NCBI GenBank assembly: GCA_964016885.1
Contig: OZ024740.1
Span: 233,864,001-233,928,000, forward strand
DNA from: Eledone cirrhosa
Taxonomy: Eukaryota
Reading direction: 5' to 3'
Length of the DNA stretch: 64,000 nt
Shown here: piece after piece, positions 13,400 to 27,800 of the stretch
Layout: every line of letters begins with the position of its first letter
Position numbering within the stretch: the stretch's first letter is position 1
Position numbers and translations under genes: made by a program
Notes under the pieces: generated by a model
Databases searched by the model: none
What the model was told of the DNA's origin: nothing
The model's input: the letters and a program-made list of their open reading frames with translations, nothing else

Positions 13400-13620
13400 C
13401 AAACATACAAGAGTCGGATCAACAGAACAGCCCGCTTGGGAAATTAAGTTGCAAGTGACTTAGAAATCTACACACACGTGTACCATTAACGTAGTTCTTA
13501 GGAAGAATCATCGGGACACCCGGTGTGACAATGATGACCATTTGAAATACGAGCGCAATATATTTTTGTCAGCTGAGTGGACTGGGTCAACATGAAAAAA
13601 AATGTCTTGCTCAAGGCGGC
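13400..13620 (-). mobile_element. SINE family B (GTGTCCTTGAGCAAGACAC-type core), decayed
   Basis: Reverse-complement similarity to 46975-47268 and 20865-21013. Confidence 0.55.
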
Positions 13621-13741
13621 AACCATTTCATGTACTCTTAAATAGAAGTCTATACTTGCTGCCCTCCCTTGTGTTCACCAATAGGCATCAATTTTGCAGC
13701 GGACGAATGTACTATGCATACGAATATTAATAGATAAGAGT

Positions 13742-13935
13742 AATAATTGTTTCTACTTTTGGCACAAGGCCAGCAATTATCCAGTACATTACTGGTACTT
13801 TATTTTATCGACCCCCCGTAAGGATGAAAGGCAAAGTTAACCTCGGTGGGGTTTGAACTGAGACCATAAAGGGCCGTAACTCTTTGCTGCAAAGCATGGC
13901 GTCCGACCCTCCACCGATACTGCCAATCCTACCGA
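13742..13935 (-). mobile_element. tRNA-derived SINE family A
   Basis: Reverse complement of the copy at 21783-21985, including A and B boxes. Confidence 0.8.
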
Positions 13936-13949
13936 TTAATAATAATAAT

Positions 13950-16802
13950 AATGATTTCATTTATTGGCCGCAAGGGCCGACATATAGGGGACAATACAAA
14001 AGACTGGGACAGTGGGGTTTTACAGAAAAATCGAGTAAACAATATGAATCACAATAACAAAGTAACAATAACAAAGTAACAATAAAGTACCAGTAAAATT
14101 ACAAGAAAAAAATTCCCCAATAGGGGGGATGACCACCTAGGGTTCGCTCAGGTACCCCACCAGTCCTGAACGACCCGACGCTTCGAGAGCACCCTGGAAG
14201 GGCAGCCCTCTCCTCCTCAAATTTACCTACCTACAGCCGCATGACCAGAGTAGGCCCACTCACACGGGCCATTCTCGCCACATTCACCCACATTTCAGCA
14301 AATGTACTGGGGGGGGGGGGGGAGCACTTCTCTCTCCATCCTCACCTTCCTTTCCAAGTAAAACTTGAAAAAGTTGTTGAGGGATTGGCCGAAGAGAAAA
14401 GTGTCTGTCTTCAGTCCTTTCAACCTCGTCCACCATACAACCTCTTTCGCTACTGCCACCAGACAGAGAAAAATTGCCTGCCCTTCCTGGCCAAAAGAAG
14501 GCGGCGGGTCGATCTTCACTATGGACTCGGCCAATAGTCGGATCCGTTCTACACGCGACAACAGCTGTTCAACATCACTCCACAAATCAGTAATGCACGG
14601 ACACTATGAGGAGCCGCTCCAAGATGGCGAGGCGCGAACGGGGGCAAGGGACGAGAGTCAGACGGTAGTAGATGACGGACGCGATGTACGCGTTCGCCAC
14701 TTCCGCCCGACCTTTCAGTGATAGCTTCATCCCAGCCCATTTCTGGGTGAGACTGGCTACCCTGCCCGTCACCTGGTCCCAATTCTTATCCACCTTGAGG
14801 TCTGGCCCGAACGAAACCCCTAGCAACTTTACGGGTCCGTCCGTCCAGCGCCTAACGACGCTGTTGGACGGCATGCACTTGCCTCTCCAGGTGCCGAGTT
14901 GCAAGCCCACTGACTTTTCCGGGTTAAGTTTTGTTCCCGTCAACCTTTCATATTCCTCCAATAAGTTGCCGACCACCTCGATTTCTTAGGTGTCCGACAC
15001 CATCACAGTGATAAGCCGACACAGTGATAAGCCGACACTGTGATAAGCCGACACTGTGATAAGCCGACACAGTGATAAGCCGACACAGTGATAAGCCGAC
15101 ACAGTGATAAGCCGACACAGTGATAAGCCGTCACAGTGATAAGCCGACACAGTGATAAGCCGACACAGTGATAAGCCGACACTGTGATAAGCCGACACTG
15201 TGATAAGCCGACACAGTGATAAGCCGACACAGTGATAAGCCGACACAGTGATAAGCCGACACAGTGATAAGCCGACACAGTGATAAGCCGACACAGTGAT
15301 AAGCCGACACAGTGATAAGCCGACACAGTGATAAGCCGACACTGTGATAAGCCGACACAGTGATAAGCCGACACAGTGATAAGCCGACACAGTGATAAGC
15401 CGACACAGTGATAAGCCGACACAGTGATAAGCCGACACTGTGATAAGCCGACACAGTGATAAGCCGACACAGTGATAAGCCGACACAGTGATAAGCCGAC
15501 ACAGTGATAAGCCGACACAGTGATAAGCCGACACTGTGATAAGCCGACACAGTGATAAGCCGACACAGTGATAAGCCGACACAGCCTTTCCGCGTCCCGG
15601 TTCGAGCGGGATGCCCTGCAACAGCTCCAGCTTCCGCAGTAAAGGCTCGAGAGTCAATACGTACAGAAGGGAGGATAGAGGGCACCCTTGACGGTCCGAT
15701 CGGGAGACCTGAAACGGTTCCGAGAGATGGCCATTAATTTTGACCATCGAGCAGGTGCCGCTGTGCATTGCAGCGATCCAGCTTCTGAAGACGGGGCCGA
15801 AGCCAGCCGCCTTGAGGACAGCCTCCAGTCGACCCTATCGAATGCTTTCGATTGATCTAAATTGATCAGAACCCCACCGAAGCCAGGTTTACACCCTACC
15901 CTCTCTATGATGTATCGCATTAGGTGGAGGTTGTCGTGTATGGACCTGGTTGGGATTGCGCAAGTTTGCGCCTCCCCAACCAAATCCCCGACGACAAGCG
16001 CCAACCTCTTCGCTAACACCCTGGCCAAAATCTTAAACTCTGTGTTGAGCAGAGTTATGGGCCTGAAATTGTCTAATGTGTCCCTCTTGTTCTCGTCTTT
16101 CCTTATCAGCGTTACTACGCCCGGCTCACAGAACTGGGAATACTCCCATTTTGCTGCCAGTTGCAGTAGAGGGCTTCCAGGAGATTGGAGAACAAGTCTG
16201 GCATATTTACGTAAAGCTCGTAAGGCAGACCATCCCAACCGGGTGACTTGCGCCTCATGCAGCCGACAAGGGCATCCTGAATCTCGGCTGAAGTAATTGG
16301 CTTTTCGCAGCGCCCAGCGTCAGCCGTCGAGAGTTGCGGCAAGCCATCGAAGTAGGGACTGAAGTCCGGCACCATCTCTGACCCGCCACTTCCCCCGAAC
16401 AACCGAGCAAAATGATGGCGAAAGGCCTCACACATCCTCTTGGAATCGTTCAGCTCGTGCCCGTCTCGGTCCGTCAAAAATCGAATCGTGGTTTTATTAC
16501 CACACTGCGCCTCTGCCACACAGGCCCATCGAACAGCTTTGATTCCCTCGTTTCTTAGAGCACGCGCCTTAGCTCTGACAATGCAACCTTTGTGTTTCGC
16601 ATTGAAGAAATGGTCTAATGCCATTCTCGCCGCTAGCACGTCAGTTGCAATGCCACTACCAATAGCCTCGTCTAACTTATCTACCAACTCCCCTCCTTTC
16701 TAATTTTCTCTAACGCTACTTCTTTGCTAAACTCTATCGACATTACTCTAATCTCTCTTTTGAGAGCCCCCCCCCATCTATTGTTGACGACTTCCCCTAT
16801 CA
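13950..16802 (-). mobile_element. L1/Tx1-type non-LTR retrotransposon, 5'-truncated and degenerate
   Basis: Frameshifted RT with KSPGWDGLPYE, NFRPITLLNTEFKILA, DQSKAFDRVD, RQGCPLS and VKLLGV. The 3' end has AATAAA followed by an (ATT)n tail. Confidence 0.85.
15005..15584. repeat. 16-bp minisatellite (ACAGTGATAAGCCGAC) x ~36 inside the RT
   Basis: Read directly, with an occasional ACTGTG variant. Confidence 0.95.
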
Positions 16803-17114
16803 ACTTTTCTATAATTTTTCCTTAGTTCCTTTAAAATCAAATCATTATATTCTTCTTTATTTATCCCATATAAATTATTTGTTTTGTTAGATTTCACCAA
16901 TATTTTATTAACTTTTTTTTAATATATATATCAAAGAAGAAGTGTACATATCTCTACACGAGTATAGATACAAGTATAGATAGATACATACAGTGTCCAA
17001 CTTATACTGAGTTTGGTTCAATTAAAGAGTTAATAAAATTAGCAGATTCAGAGCCTAATCATATCAAATATGGAAAAAGCAAACACACACACACACATAA
17101 ATATATATATATAT

Positions 17115-19330
17115 AAGCAAAAGGGATATTCAATTTGTTGGTAATTCAACAAATATAAATGTTTATAACTGATTCAGAGCACTCAGCAAGTTTTCTGGAG
17201 TATATACAATGATATTAAATAAATGGAAACTATATTTATAAAACCATATTTATTCGATTATATATGTTTCAATGGTACCAAAATTTTGGTACGATATCAT
17301 CAGATAAAATACAAAATGTTTTATAAATATTTGACATAACCAAGGATAATGTACCTTAACGGTTCAAATTATCCCTGGATAATGAAGGGAAGAGGAAAAA
17401 GTCAGATATTTCAAATTATTAAGATGAGTATGCAAAAGGGATGAAAAAAACTTTATTTTAAACGCTATGGAAAATTTAAATAATTATGATAAGTTATTGT
17501 ATGCGTAGGAAAGAGGAGAAAGGAAGAAAGGCTAGGATTTACGTTAATTTGGGGGAAAAGATTTGTTACCTATATTATGAGTTATAATATTGTATATATA
17601 ATCAATTAGATTATATGAAGAATTATGGTTGTAAGTATTTTTACATTAGGATAGGTTATATGTATATAAATATCTATATATATATTAATAAATTGCGTAT
17701 GTATTAATTGCTTATATATTAAATATGAGTTACGAAGGACGTTTACTTAAAAAATAGGTGGTTCAAGTTGTGAGAGTAGAATAATTTGTGGATTCAAAAA
17801 TGTTGTTCAACAGTGAGAATGTTTTCAGAATATTGTTAATTTAACGAAGCTATATAGATTATCAAACAAAAAATCGTTATGTTTGCACGATTGGGAAGAA
17901 TGTTTATGTTTGCAACGATTGAGAAAGGATAGATAACTCCAATTTTGTTTGTTAACCATTAAAATTAGATAAAAAATTATATATTATTTTGTGTGAGATC
18001 CATTATTTTAGTCGAAAGATGTGTGAATGTTTGGATAACAAAAAGAGAGAGGAAAATATAATGTGTTTTTCGAAGAACTATCTTAAAGAGGATACATTTT
18101 CAGAACGTCATTTAAAGATTATTAATCTACATCTAAAATATATTTATAGGGATGTCCTTACAAAGAGAATGTCGGAATTTAAAATAATGTCAGAATTAAA
18201 ACAATGTAGGAAATTAAAATATTAAATATATATATTAAAAATATTATAAATATTTCTGAAATATTAAAAATATGAAAAAATATAAAAAAAATATTAAAAA
18301 TATTAAAAATATTTTTAAAATTTACATTTAAATTTTTTTTAAGAAAATAGGATCATTTTGAAGGTTTATAGGGATATTATACATTAAAAATGGTTCTGAA
18401 CGTGGAATTTTGGCGATGTTTGCAAGAAGAAAATAATTCTGTTCTGAGATTAATATAATTTTGACAGTTAATTATATAAAAAATGTCTTCGATACACAAT
18501 TTACAGAATCTTGATAAAGCCGTATTTCGGTATGCAGGTGCTTTCGAAATCTTTCTCCAAGATATTGAATATTCTATATTATTGTCTTTTAAATCCCATA
18601 TAAGATGTGAAAGTGAAGTAGATGATTTTTTATCAGATCTCCTAAGTGTATGATTGTTATTCCAACGTTCTTTAAATTTTGTTGAAGTGCCACCAACATA
18701 GTTAAATATTTTGTCGCTAGTTTTAACTGTGCATTTATAAACTATGTTTTTGTCTAAACAATTATTTTGTAAAGGGCAGTTTGATTTGATTCTACAGTTA
18801 CAATTATTAGAGTTATTGTTCAGAACGGTACCATTATTCTGAGTATTGTTGTTAGAAATATTATTATTGCTATTTTAGTTAGTTTGGTTAGGGCTTACAT
18901 TTAAGTTCCTATGATTAATTCTATTTATATTTTGTGCTATGTTCATAGTAGTAGAGTAGGGTAGTTTTATAGTGTGTCTGTTAAAAATAGAGTGGTATCT
19001 GTGGGTTTTAGGAAAACATGTATCTAGTGCTTTAAAGAATAGCTTTGATAAAGGGGTTTTAACGCTTAATGAGAATGGGGGAGAGTACCAAGTAATATTT
19101 CTAGTTCTAGTTTTTTTATTTGGTTTAGTGTCTAAGTTAATACTAGGATGATATATCATGTTATTGTTATCTATGTATTTAATTCTATTTGAGTATCCTG
19201 CTCTATGTAAAGCTTCATTATAATACTCAGCCTTATCATCAAACATATTTTTTATTAGCGGAGATGCGTGAAATGCGTTGTTAGACACTATTGACAATAG
19301 TGTTTTTAATACTTCTAGGGTGATTAGAAT
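17115..19330 (-). mobile_element. Penelope-like element 3' part with long AT-rich pseudo-LTR
   Basis: ORF remnants YYNEALHRAGY, ITWYSPP, CNCRIKSNCPLQNNCL..VYKC..YVG (about 18380-19297). A decayed HHR lies at 17251-17311. The pLTR is homologous to 53237-54010 plus 60295-60708. Confidence 0.85.
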
Positions 19331-20018
19331 TGAAACTTACAGTTTCGATCCCTACAGTGCTCGTCAGGTACTACGGTGAAGTTTTTTTTTGGGGGGGGGG
19401 GGGGAATATTATATCACTAGTGACGCACCCCTCATCTTCTTTTGTTAAGTTGTTTCTTTTTATCGTGAAACATCATCTTTGCTATCATGAGTTGTTTTGT
19501 CTTAATGATTCCAACACTATTTTGCCGTTCCAGTTAAAACCAGCCAGAATCATTCTTTGAGCTTCACATTCTGTGTTTCTCTGGGTATGTTCGTCTCTAG
19601 GTCTAACAAGCACTTTTCGTTATATATTGTACAACGTTATATATCGTAAATTTGCCTCTGTATACGTAAGTTTTGTTTTCGCCATAATACTCCAAGAATA
19701 GTGTTTGACTATTTTACAGAGACTGTGTACATAGATGTAGCAGCAGTGCTATCAGTAGGAGATCGTAACTGCGTACTTCCATTTCGACAGTCGATGACCA
19801 CGGAGTTTGATTACACATTGCCAATATTATAATATCACTCTCGAGGCATGTGATTCCCTTCCTCTTCTATATTACATGCCAAATTAATTTCTAATTAGGC
19901 TGTGGGTTTACTCGTGTTTCACAAGCTCATCAGCGTGCTGTACTTAAATCACAACCGAAACCGTCTAAGCTTCACCATCGAGCTTTCATATAATGAGTAA
20001 TATCTATCTATCTATCAA

Positions 20019-20124
<106 letters not shown>

Positions 20125-20132
20125 TAGATACC

Positions 20133-20216
<84 letters not shown>

Positions 20217-20752
20217 TATATCCAGGTTTTAGATTTTCAAGTCGTTAAATTTTGCATAAAAATTAGTGGATAAAACTAAATTATGTAAGAGCTGAATTCC
20301 GCAACGCAGAGGTTTCTTTTACTTATACTTAGATATATGCGTGTGAATTAAAATCTGCATATTTAACTCACAATAGCAATATGTGCAACTCATTGTGGGG
20401 TAAACTACTAAGAAAGACAAATGACAGTATGAACATATAAAAGCGTAACTAAGACGTGTGTATCCTATGACTGAAGACATAAACACTGCGTGTATTAGGA
20501 TAAAAACATTCGTTAAGGTATGTCTACTGCTTTCGCAATTTTTCATTTAAACTAAACAATTTGTTTTTCCCTGTCTTTTGATATACCATGATTAACAAGA
20601 GACATGCACGCAGACATCAACTAACATCAAACTTCCAGATCCCACTGCCTAGAACAATGTGAATCATATGAAAAATCGATGTAGCAGGAAAAGTGGATGT
20701 CATGTATATATATATATATGTATATATTCATATACATATATATATATATATT

Positions 20753-20789
<37 letters not shown>

Positions 20790-20864
20790 CGACAGTCGAT
20801 CGACTTTTTTTGTCAAATCGAACCGAGGAAACGATGTTTCCATTGGTCTTTCTAATTGCTAATA

Positions 20865-21602
<738 letters not shown>

Positions 21603-21782
21603 ACATAACTCTGATATTGTGTCAATTTAATTATTTCGATTATTTTGTCTCTCATAATCATAGAGTAACACTGGTTAAGGTCGACAACATACAATCTCAC
21701 ATACTTGTGAAAAATATATGTTTATATATACATGTATATGTATGTATACACATATATTTGTATACCTCTCATTATTGTCTCT

Positions 21783-21985
21783 AACTCCTAGGGCGGTGGA
21801 TTGGCAGTATCGGTAGAGGGTCGGGACGCCATGCTTTGAAGCATAGAGTTACCTCCCTTTATGATCTGAGTTCAAATCCCGCCGAGGTTAACTTTGCCTT
21901 TCATCCTTACGGGGTCGATAAAATAAAGTACCAGTAATGCACTGGAATAATTGCTGGCCTTGTGCCAAAAGTAGAAACAATTATT
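21783..21985 (+). mobile_element. tRNA-derived SINE family A, near full length
   Basis: A box TGGCAGTATCGG, B box GTTCAAATCC, conserved body, and an ATT tail. Confidence 0.85.
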
Positions 21986-21997
21986 GTATATATATAT

Positions 21998-22042
<45 letters not shown>

Positions 22043-22054
22043 CATATACATATA

Positions 22055-22093
<39 letters not shown>

Positions 22094-22210
22094 CATATAT
22101 ATATACATATACATATATATATATATACATATATATATTTTATATATACATATTTATAAATATATATATTTATTTTTTATTTTTTTATATATTTATAAAT
22201 ATATACATAC

Positions 22211-22270
<60 letters not shown>

Positions 22271-22274
<4 letters not shown>

Positions 22275-23320
22275 AAATATGATAATAATGGAGCTGCGGC
22301 GCTGCAAATGGGTTACATATGAAAAAGTGTGTCCTCATCAGTGGCCTTCCAACCGTCGTAGGCATTTCGTCGCATTAAAGGCCATATACCTCAGGTTGGT
22401 GCGAGCAACGGCTAAAAAAAGTTGTTGGGACACGTAAATAGAGGGGACGCTAGGGTAAACAAACAAAATGGTTTAAGCAACAGAAAGTGATGAAGAAGAA
22501 AGAAACAAGTCCCAGATTTCTATGAATATAAATTCGGAGGAATCGTGAACGAGAGAATAAAGACCATCAAACCTGGTTGAAATGTGAGCAAGGAAGGAAT
22601 TTCGCACAGGTCTAACGGGAGGAAGAAGGGGTCTGGTCTGCGAATTCGGTAAACATAAGTTCTGTGAAGTCGCAGACGAGAGAGAGAAAAAAATTCATAC
22701 CGGCTTGGCCAAGTGCCCGCGAGAAAAGGATTACGGACAGGTCAAACGGGAAGAAAGGGGAGGAGGAGAGGTAGTGACAGAGAGTGAGTGAGTGAAAGGT
22801 GAGGAAGAGGCTAACAGAGAGAGAGAGACTGCTAGAAAGGGTAAAGACACAAAGAACGAAACAGACTGGTGGCAGCGGAGGAAAAAGTATATGTGTAAAT
22901 ATGATAATAATGGAGCTGCGGCGCTGCAAATGGGTTACATATGAAAAAGTTTGTCCTCATCAGTGGCCTTCCAACCGTCGTAGGCATTTCGTCGCATTAA
23001 AGGCCATATACCTCAGGTTGGTGCGAGCAACGGCTAAAATAAGTCGTTGGGACACGTAAATAGAGTGGACGCTAGGGTAAACAAACAAAATGGTTTAAGC
23101 AACAGAAAGTGATGAAGAAGAAAGAAGCAAGTCCCAGGTTTTTATGAATATAAATTCGGTGGAATCGTGAACGAGAGAATAAAGACCATCAAACCTGGTT
23201 GAAATGTGAGCAAGGAAGGAATTTCGCACAGGTCTAACGGGAGGAAGAAGGGGTCTGGTCTGCGAATTCGGTAAACATAAGTTCTGTTAATTCGCAGACG
23301 AGAGAGAGAGAAAAAAATTC
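22271..23320. repeat. Tandem duplication, 622-bp unit, about 1.7 copies
   Basis: 22271-22698 is repeated almost exactly at 22893-23320. Confidence 0.9.
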
Positions 23321-23334
23321 ATATATATATCATT

Positions 23335-23560
23335 CACTTGCTAAGTTCATAGCTTCTAATTCGAATGGAAGGAGATGGGATGTGTATTGGTGTAATGGTA
23401 GCACAGTGGTCTGGATAACCAAAGATGTGGGTTCGACTCCCATGTACGGCAACACTCATCTTTTTACATTTCTCCGATGGTTAAAAACCCCACTATCAGG
23501 CTAGAAATTTCTTTAGTCTAAAATACGGTGAAAGCTTATAATTTCTAATTTCAAACTCGC
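23335..23560 (+). mobile_element. Repeat with internal tRNA-like segment (SINE family C); second, deleted copy at about 53035-53220
   Basis: TGGTGTAATGG (A box) and GGTTCGACTCC (B box) with D-arm and T-arm pairing, but no intact acceptor or anticodon stems. Confidence 0.6.
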
Positions 23561-23629
23561 GCACCGTTTCAAAAACATATTTACATGTTTACGTTTATAA
23601 TTTGCTTGTTTATATATATATATATATAT

Positions 23630-23737
<108 letters not shown>

Positions 23738-24477
23738 GCAGAAAGAGAGAGAGTGAGAGAGAGAGAGAGAAATACATGTGTGTATGAATGTGTGCGTGAA
23801 TGTATAAATATATATATATATATATTTCTATGTCGAGTCATTCTTGGGTGCTACTGGTAACATGTAACCCAGTACAACCTGTCGCATAGTCGGGTTGTCG
23901 GCGACTAAACCGGCAACCCCACCTAGTATACTTGGTGAGGAGGGTGATTTTGGACACCCTGCGGGACAAAGAACTAAAACCTGACAAAGAGCGGAAGAAC
24001 TCACCAGAGTCAACGGCCATCCAAAAGTGTGTAAATACGTATATACACATGTACATATGTATGTATATGTGTATATACATGGGTGCATGTGTATGTATAT
24101 GCGCGGGGACATACATACATGTTTATGTATCTATCTATACCTATCTACATATGTATGTGTGTGTTTGTGTATTATTGGTGGATTCCCGATGGGGGCCACA
24201 TTTAAAAAAGGGACCCAATACGTTGGTATAAGTATCTTTATTTTATATAGAAATTATATCTACAAGATTAGAATTGTTTCATTCGGATAAGATCATCAGG
24301 AAAGTGAGATAAAATTGATCAGTATCGTTATTTACATTCCAATTGGGATGGATGTTGAGAGGGTAAATAAAGCACCTGTAACGCACTGAGATCGATTTAA
24401 TCCACTCCTGCAAAATTGTCGGGCTTGTGCCTACTTCAGAAACCATTATTATTGTGTGTATATATATATTGTATTGT

Positions 24478-24612
24478 GTGGCCCTTCATGATCTGAGTTC
24501 AAATCCCGCCGAGGTTAACTTTGCCTTTCATCCTTACGGGGTCGATAGAATAAAGTACCAGGAATGCACTGGGGTAATTGCTGCCCTTGTGCCAAAAGTA
24601 GATACAATTATC
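24478..24612 (+). mobile_element. tRNA-derived SINE family A, truncated
   Basis: B box plus the conserved body. Confidence 0.8.
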
Positions 24613-24750
24613 ATTGTGTGTATATTTATGGATATATATATATTCGAAACTATAGTGACACACAGAAGACAGCAGATGACGGGCACTTACATTCTGTGCG
24701 TGACTTTTGTGTTTTCACCCACGTGTTTTTTTAATAATATACATACATAT

Positions 24751-24808
<58 letters not shown>

Positions 24809-24815
<7 letters not shown>

Positions 24816-27800
24816 AAATGCTCTGAAATAGCGATATATATGTGAAGATAGACATAGAATATTCGAAAATATTCTGTATGTTTATAATAAACATTTTGAA
24901 GACCTAATCGCTATAGAATAGAATACGTCACGTATTACAATTAGATTCTCGATAAAAGCAAGGGAAGTAACCTACGCGTTTCATTCTTATTAGAAATCTT
25001 CAGGATTACATATCCAGTGCTTTTATCGAGAATGACACAGCTAGAGACTTATAGAATACTTAGCTGTGTACAGGAACTGGTTTGAAAGAGCGGTTGCCGG
25101 TCCGGCAGAAATTAGAAATTGGATTAAATGCTCTGAAATAGCGATATATATGTGAAGATAGACATAGAATATTCGAAAATATTCTGTATGTTTATAATAA
25201 ACATTTTGAAGACCTAATCGCTATAGAATAGAATACGTCACGTATTACAATTAGATTCTCGACAAAAGCAAGGGAAGTAACCTACGCGTTTCATTCTTAT
25301 TAGAAATCTTCAGGATTACATATCCAGTGCTTTTATCGAGAATGACACAGCTAGAGACTTATAGAATACTTAGCTGTATACAGGAACTGGTTTGAAAGAG
25401 CGGTTGTCTATCTTCACATATATATCGCTATTTCAGAGCATTTAATCCAATTTCTAATTTCTGCCGGACCGGCAACCGCTCTTTCAAACCAGTTCCTGTA
25501 CACAGCTAAGTATTCTATAAGTCTCTAGCTGTGTCATTCTCGATAAAAGCACTGGATATGTAATCCTGAAGATTTCTAATAAGAATGAAACGCGTAGGTT
25601 ACTTCCCTTGCTTTTGTCGAGAATCTAATTGTAATACGTGACGTATTCTATTCTATAGCGATTAGGTCTTCAAAATGTTTATTATAAACATACAGAATAT
25701 TTTCGAATATTCTATGCCTATCTTCACATATATATCGCTATTTCAGAGCATTTAATCCAATTTCTAATTTCTGCCGGACCGGCAGCCGCTCTTTCAAACC
25801 AGTTCCTGTACACAGCTAAGTATTCTATAAGTCTCTAGCTGTGTCATTCTCGATAAAAGCACTGGATATGTAATCCTGAAGATTTCTAATAAGAATGAAA
25901 CGCGTAGGTTACTTCCCTTGCTTTTATCGAGAATCTAATTGTAATACGTGACGTATTCTATTCTATAGCGATTAGGTCTTCAAAATGTTTATTATAAACA
26001 TACAGAATATTTTCGAATATTCTATGTCTATCTTCACATATATATCGCTATTTCAGAGCATTTAATCCAATTTCTAATTTCTGCCGGACCGGCAACCGCT
26101 CTTTCAAACCAGTTCCTGTACACAGCTAAGTATTCTATAAGTCTCTAGCTGTGTCATTCTCGATAAAAGCACTGGATATGTAATCCTGAAGATTTCTAAT
26201 AAGAATGAAACGCGTAGGTTACTTCCCTTGCTTTTATCGAGAATCTAATTGTAATACGTGACGTATTCTATTCTATAGCGATTAGGTCTTCAAAATGTTT
26301 ATTATAAACATACAGAATATTTTCGAATATTCTATGCCTATCTTCACATATATATCGCTATTTCAGAGCATTTAATCCAATTTCTAATTTCTGCCGGACC
26401 GGCAGCCGCTCTTTCAAACCAGTTCCTGTACACAGCTAAGTATTCTATAAGTCTCTAGCTGTGTCATTCTCGATAAAAGCACTGGATATGTAATCCTGAA
26501 GATTTCTAATAAGAATGAAACGCGTAGGTTACTTCCCTTGCTTTTATCGAGAATCTAATTGTAATACGTGACGTATTCTATTCTATAGCGATTAGGTCTT
26601 CAAAATGTTTATTATAAACATACAGAATATTTTCGAATATTCTATGTCTATCTTCACATATATATCGCTATTTCAGAGCATTTAATCCAATTTCTAATTT
26701 CTGCCGGACCGGCAACCGCTCTTTCAAACCAGTTCCTGTACACAGCTAAGTATTCTATAAGTCTCTAGCTGTGTCATTCTCGATAAAAGCACTGGATATG
26801 TAATCCTGAAGATTTCTAATAAGAATGAAACGCGTAGGTTACTTCCCTTGCTTTTATCGAGAATCTAATTGTAATACGTGACGTATTCTATTCTATAGCG
26901 ATTAGGTCTTCAAAATGTTTATTATAAACATACAGAATATTTTCGAATATTCTATGTCTATCTTCACATATATATCGCTATTTCAGAGCATTTAATCCAA
27001 TTTCTAATTTCTGCCGGACCGGCAACCGCTCTTTCAAACCAGTTCCTGTACACAGCTAAGTATTCTATAAGTCTCTAGCTGTGTCATTCTCGATAAAAGC
27101 ACTGGATATGTAATCCTGAAGATTTCTAATAAGAATGAAACGCGTAGGTTACTTCCCTTGCTTTTATCGAGAATCTAATTGTAATACGTGACGTATTCTA
27201 TTCTATAGCGATTAGGTCTTCAAAATGTTTATTATAAACATACAGAATATTTTCGAATATTCTATGCCTATCTTCACATATATATCGCTATTTCAGAGCA
27301 TTTAATCCAATTTCTAATTTCTGCCGGACCGGCAGCCGCTCTTTCAAACCAGTTCCTGTACACAGCTAAGTATTCTATAAGTCTCTAGCTGTGTCATTCT
27401 CGATAAAAGCACTGGATATGTAATCCTGAAGATTTCTAATAAGAATGAAACGCGTAGGTTACTTCCCTTGCTTTTATCGAGAATCTAATTGTAATACGTG
27501 ACGTATTCTATTCTATAGCGATTAGGTCTTCAAAATGTTTATTATAAACATACAGAATATTTTCGAATATTCTATGTCTATCTTCACATATATATCGCTA
27601 TTTCAGAGCATTTAATCCAATTTCTAATTTCTGCCGGACCGGCAACCGCTCTTTCAAACCAGTTCCTGTACACAGCTAAGTATTCTATAAGTCTCTAGCT
27701 GTGTCATTCTCGATAAAAGCACTGGATATGTAATCCTGAAGATTTCTAATAAGAATGAAACGCGTAGGTTACTTCCCTTGCTTTTATCGAGAATCTAATT

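Noticed and set aside
23383-23452. Functional tRNA gene
   Set aside because: The acceptor and anticodon stems do not pair, and it is embedded in a dispersed repeat.
24265-24304. Minus-strand CTGATGA...GAAA motif
   Set aside because: Helices I, II and III do not pair convincingly.
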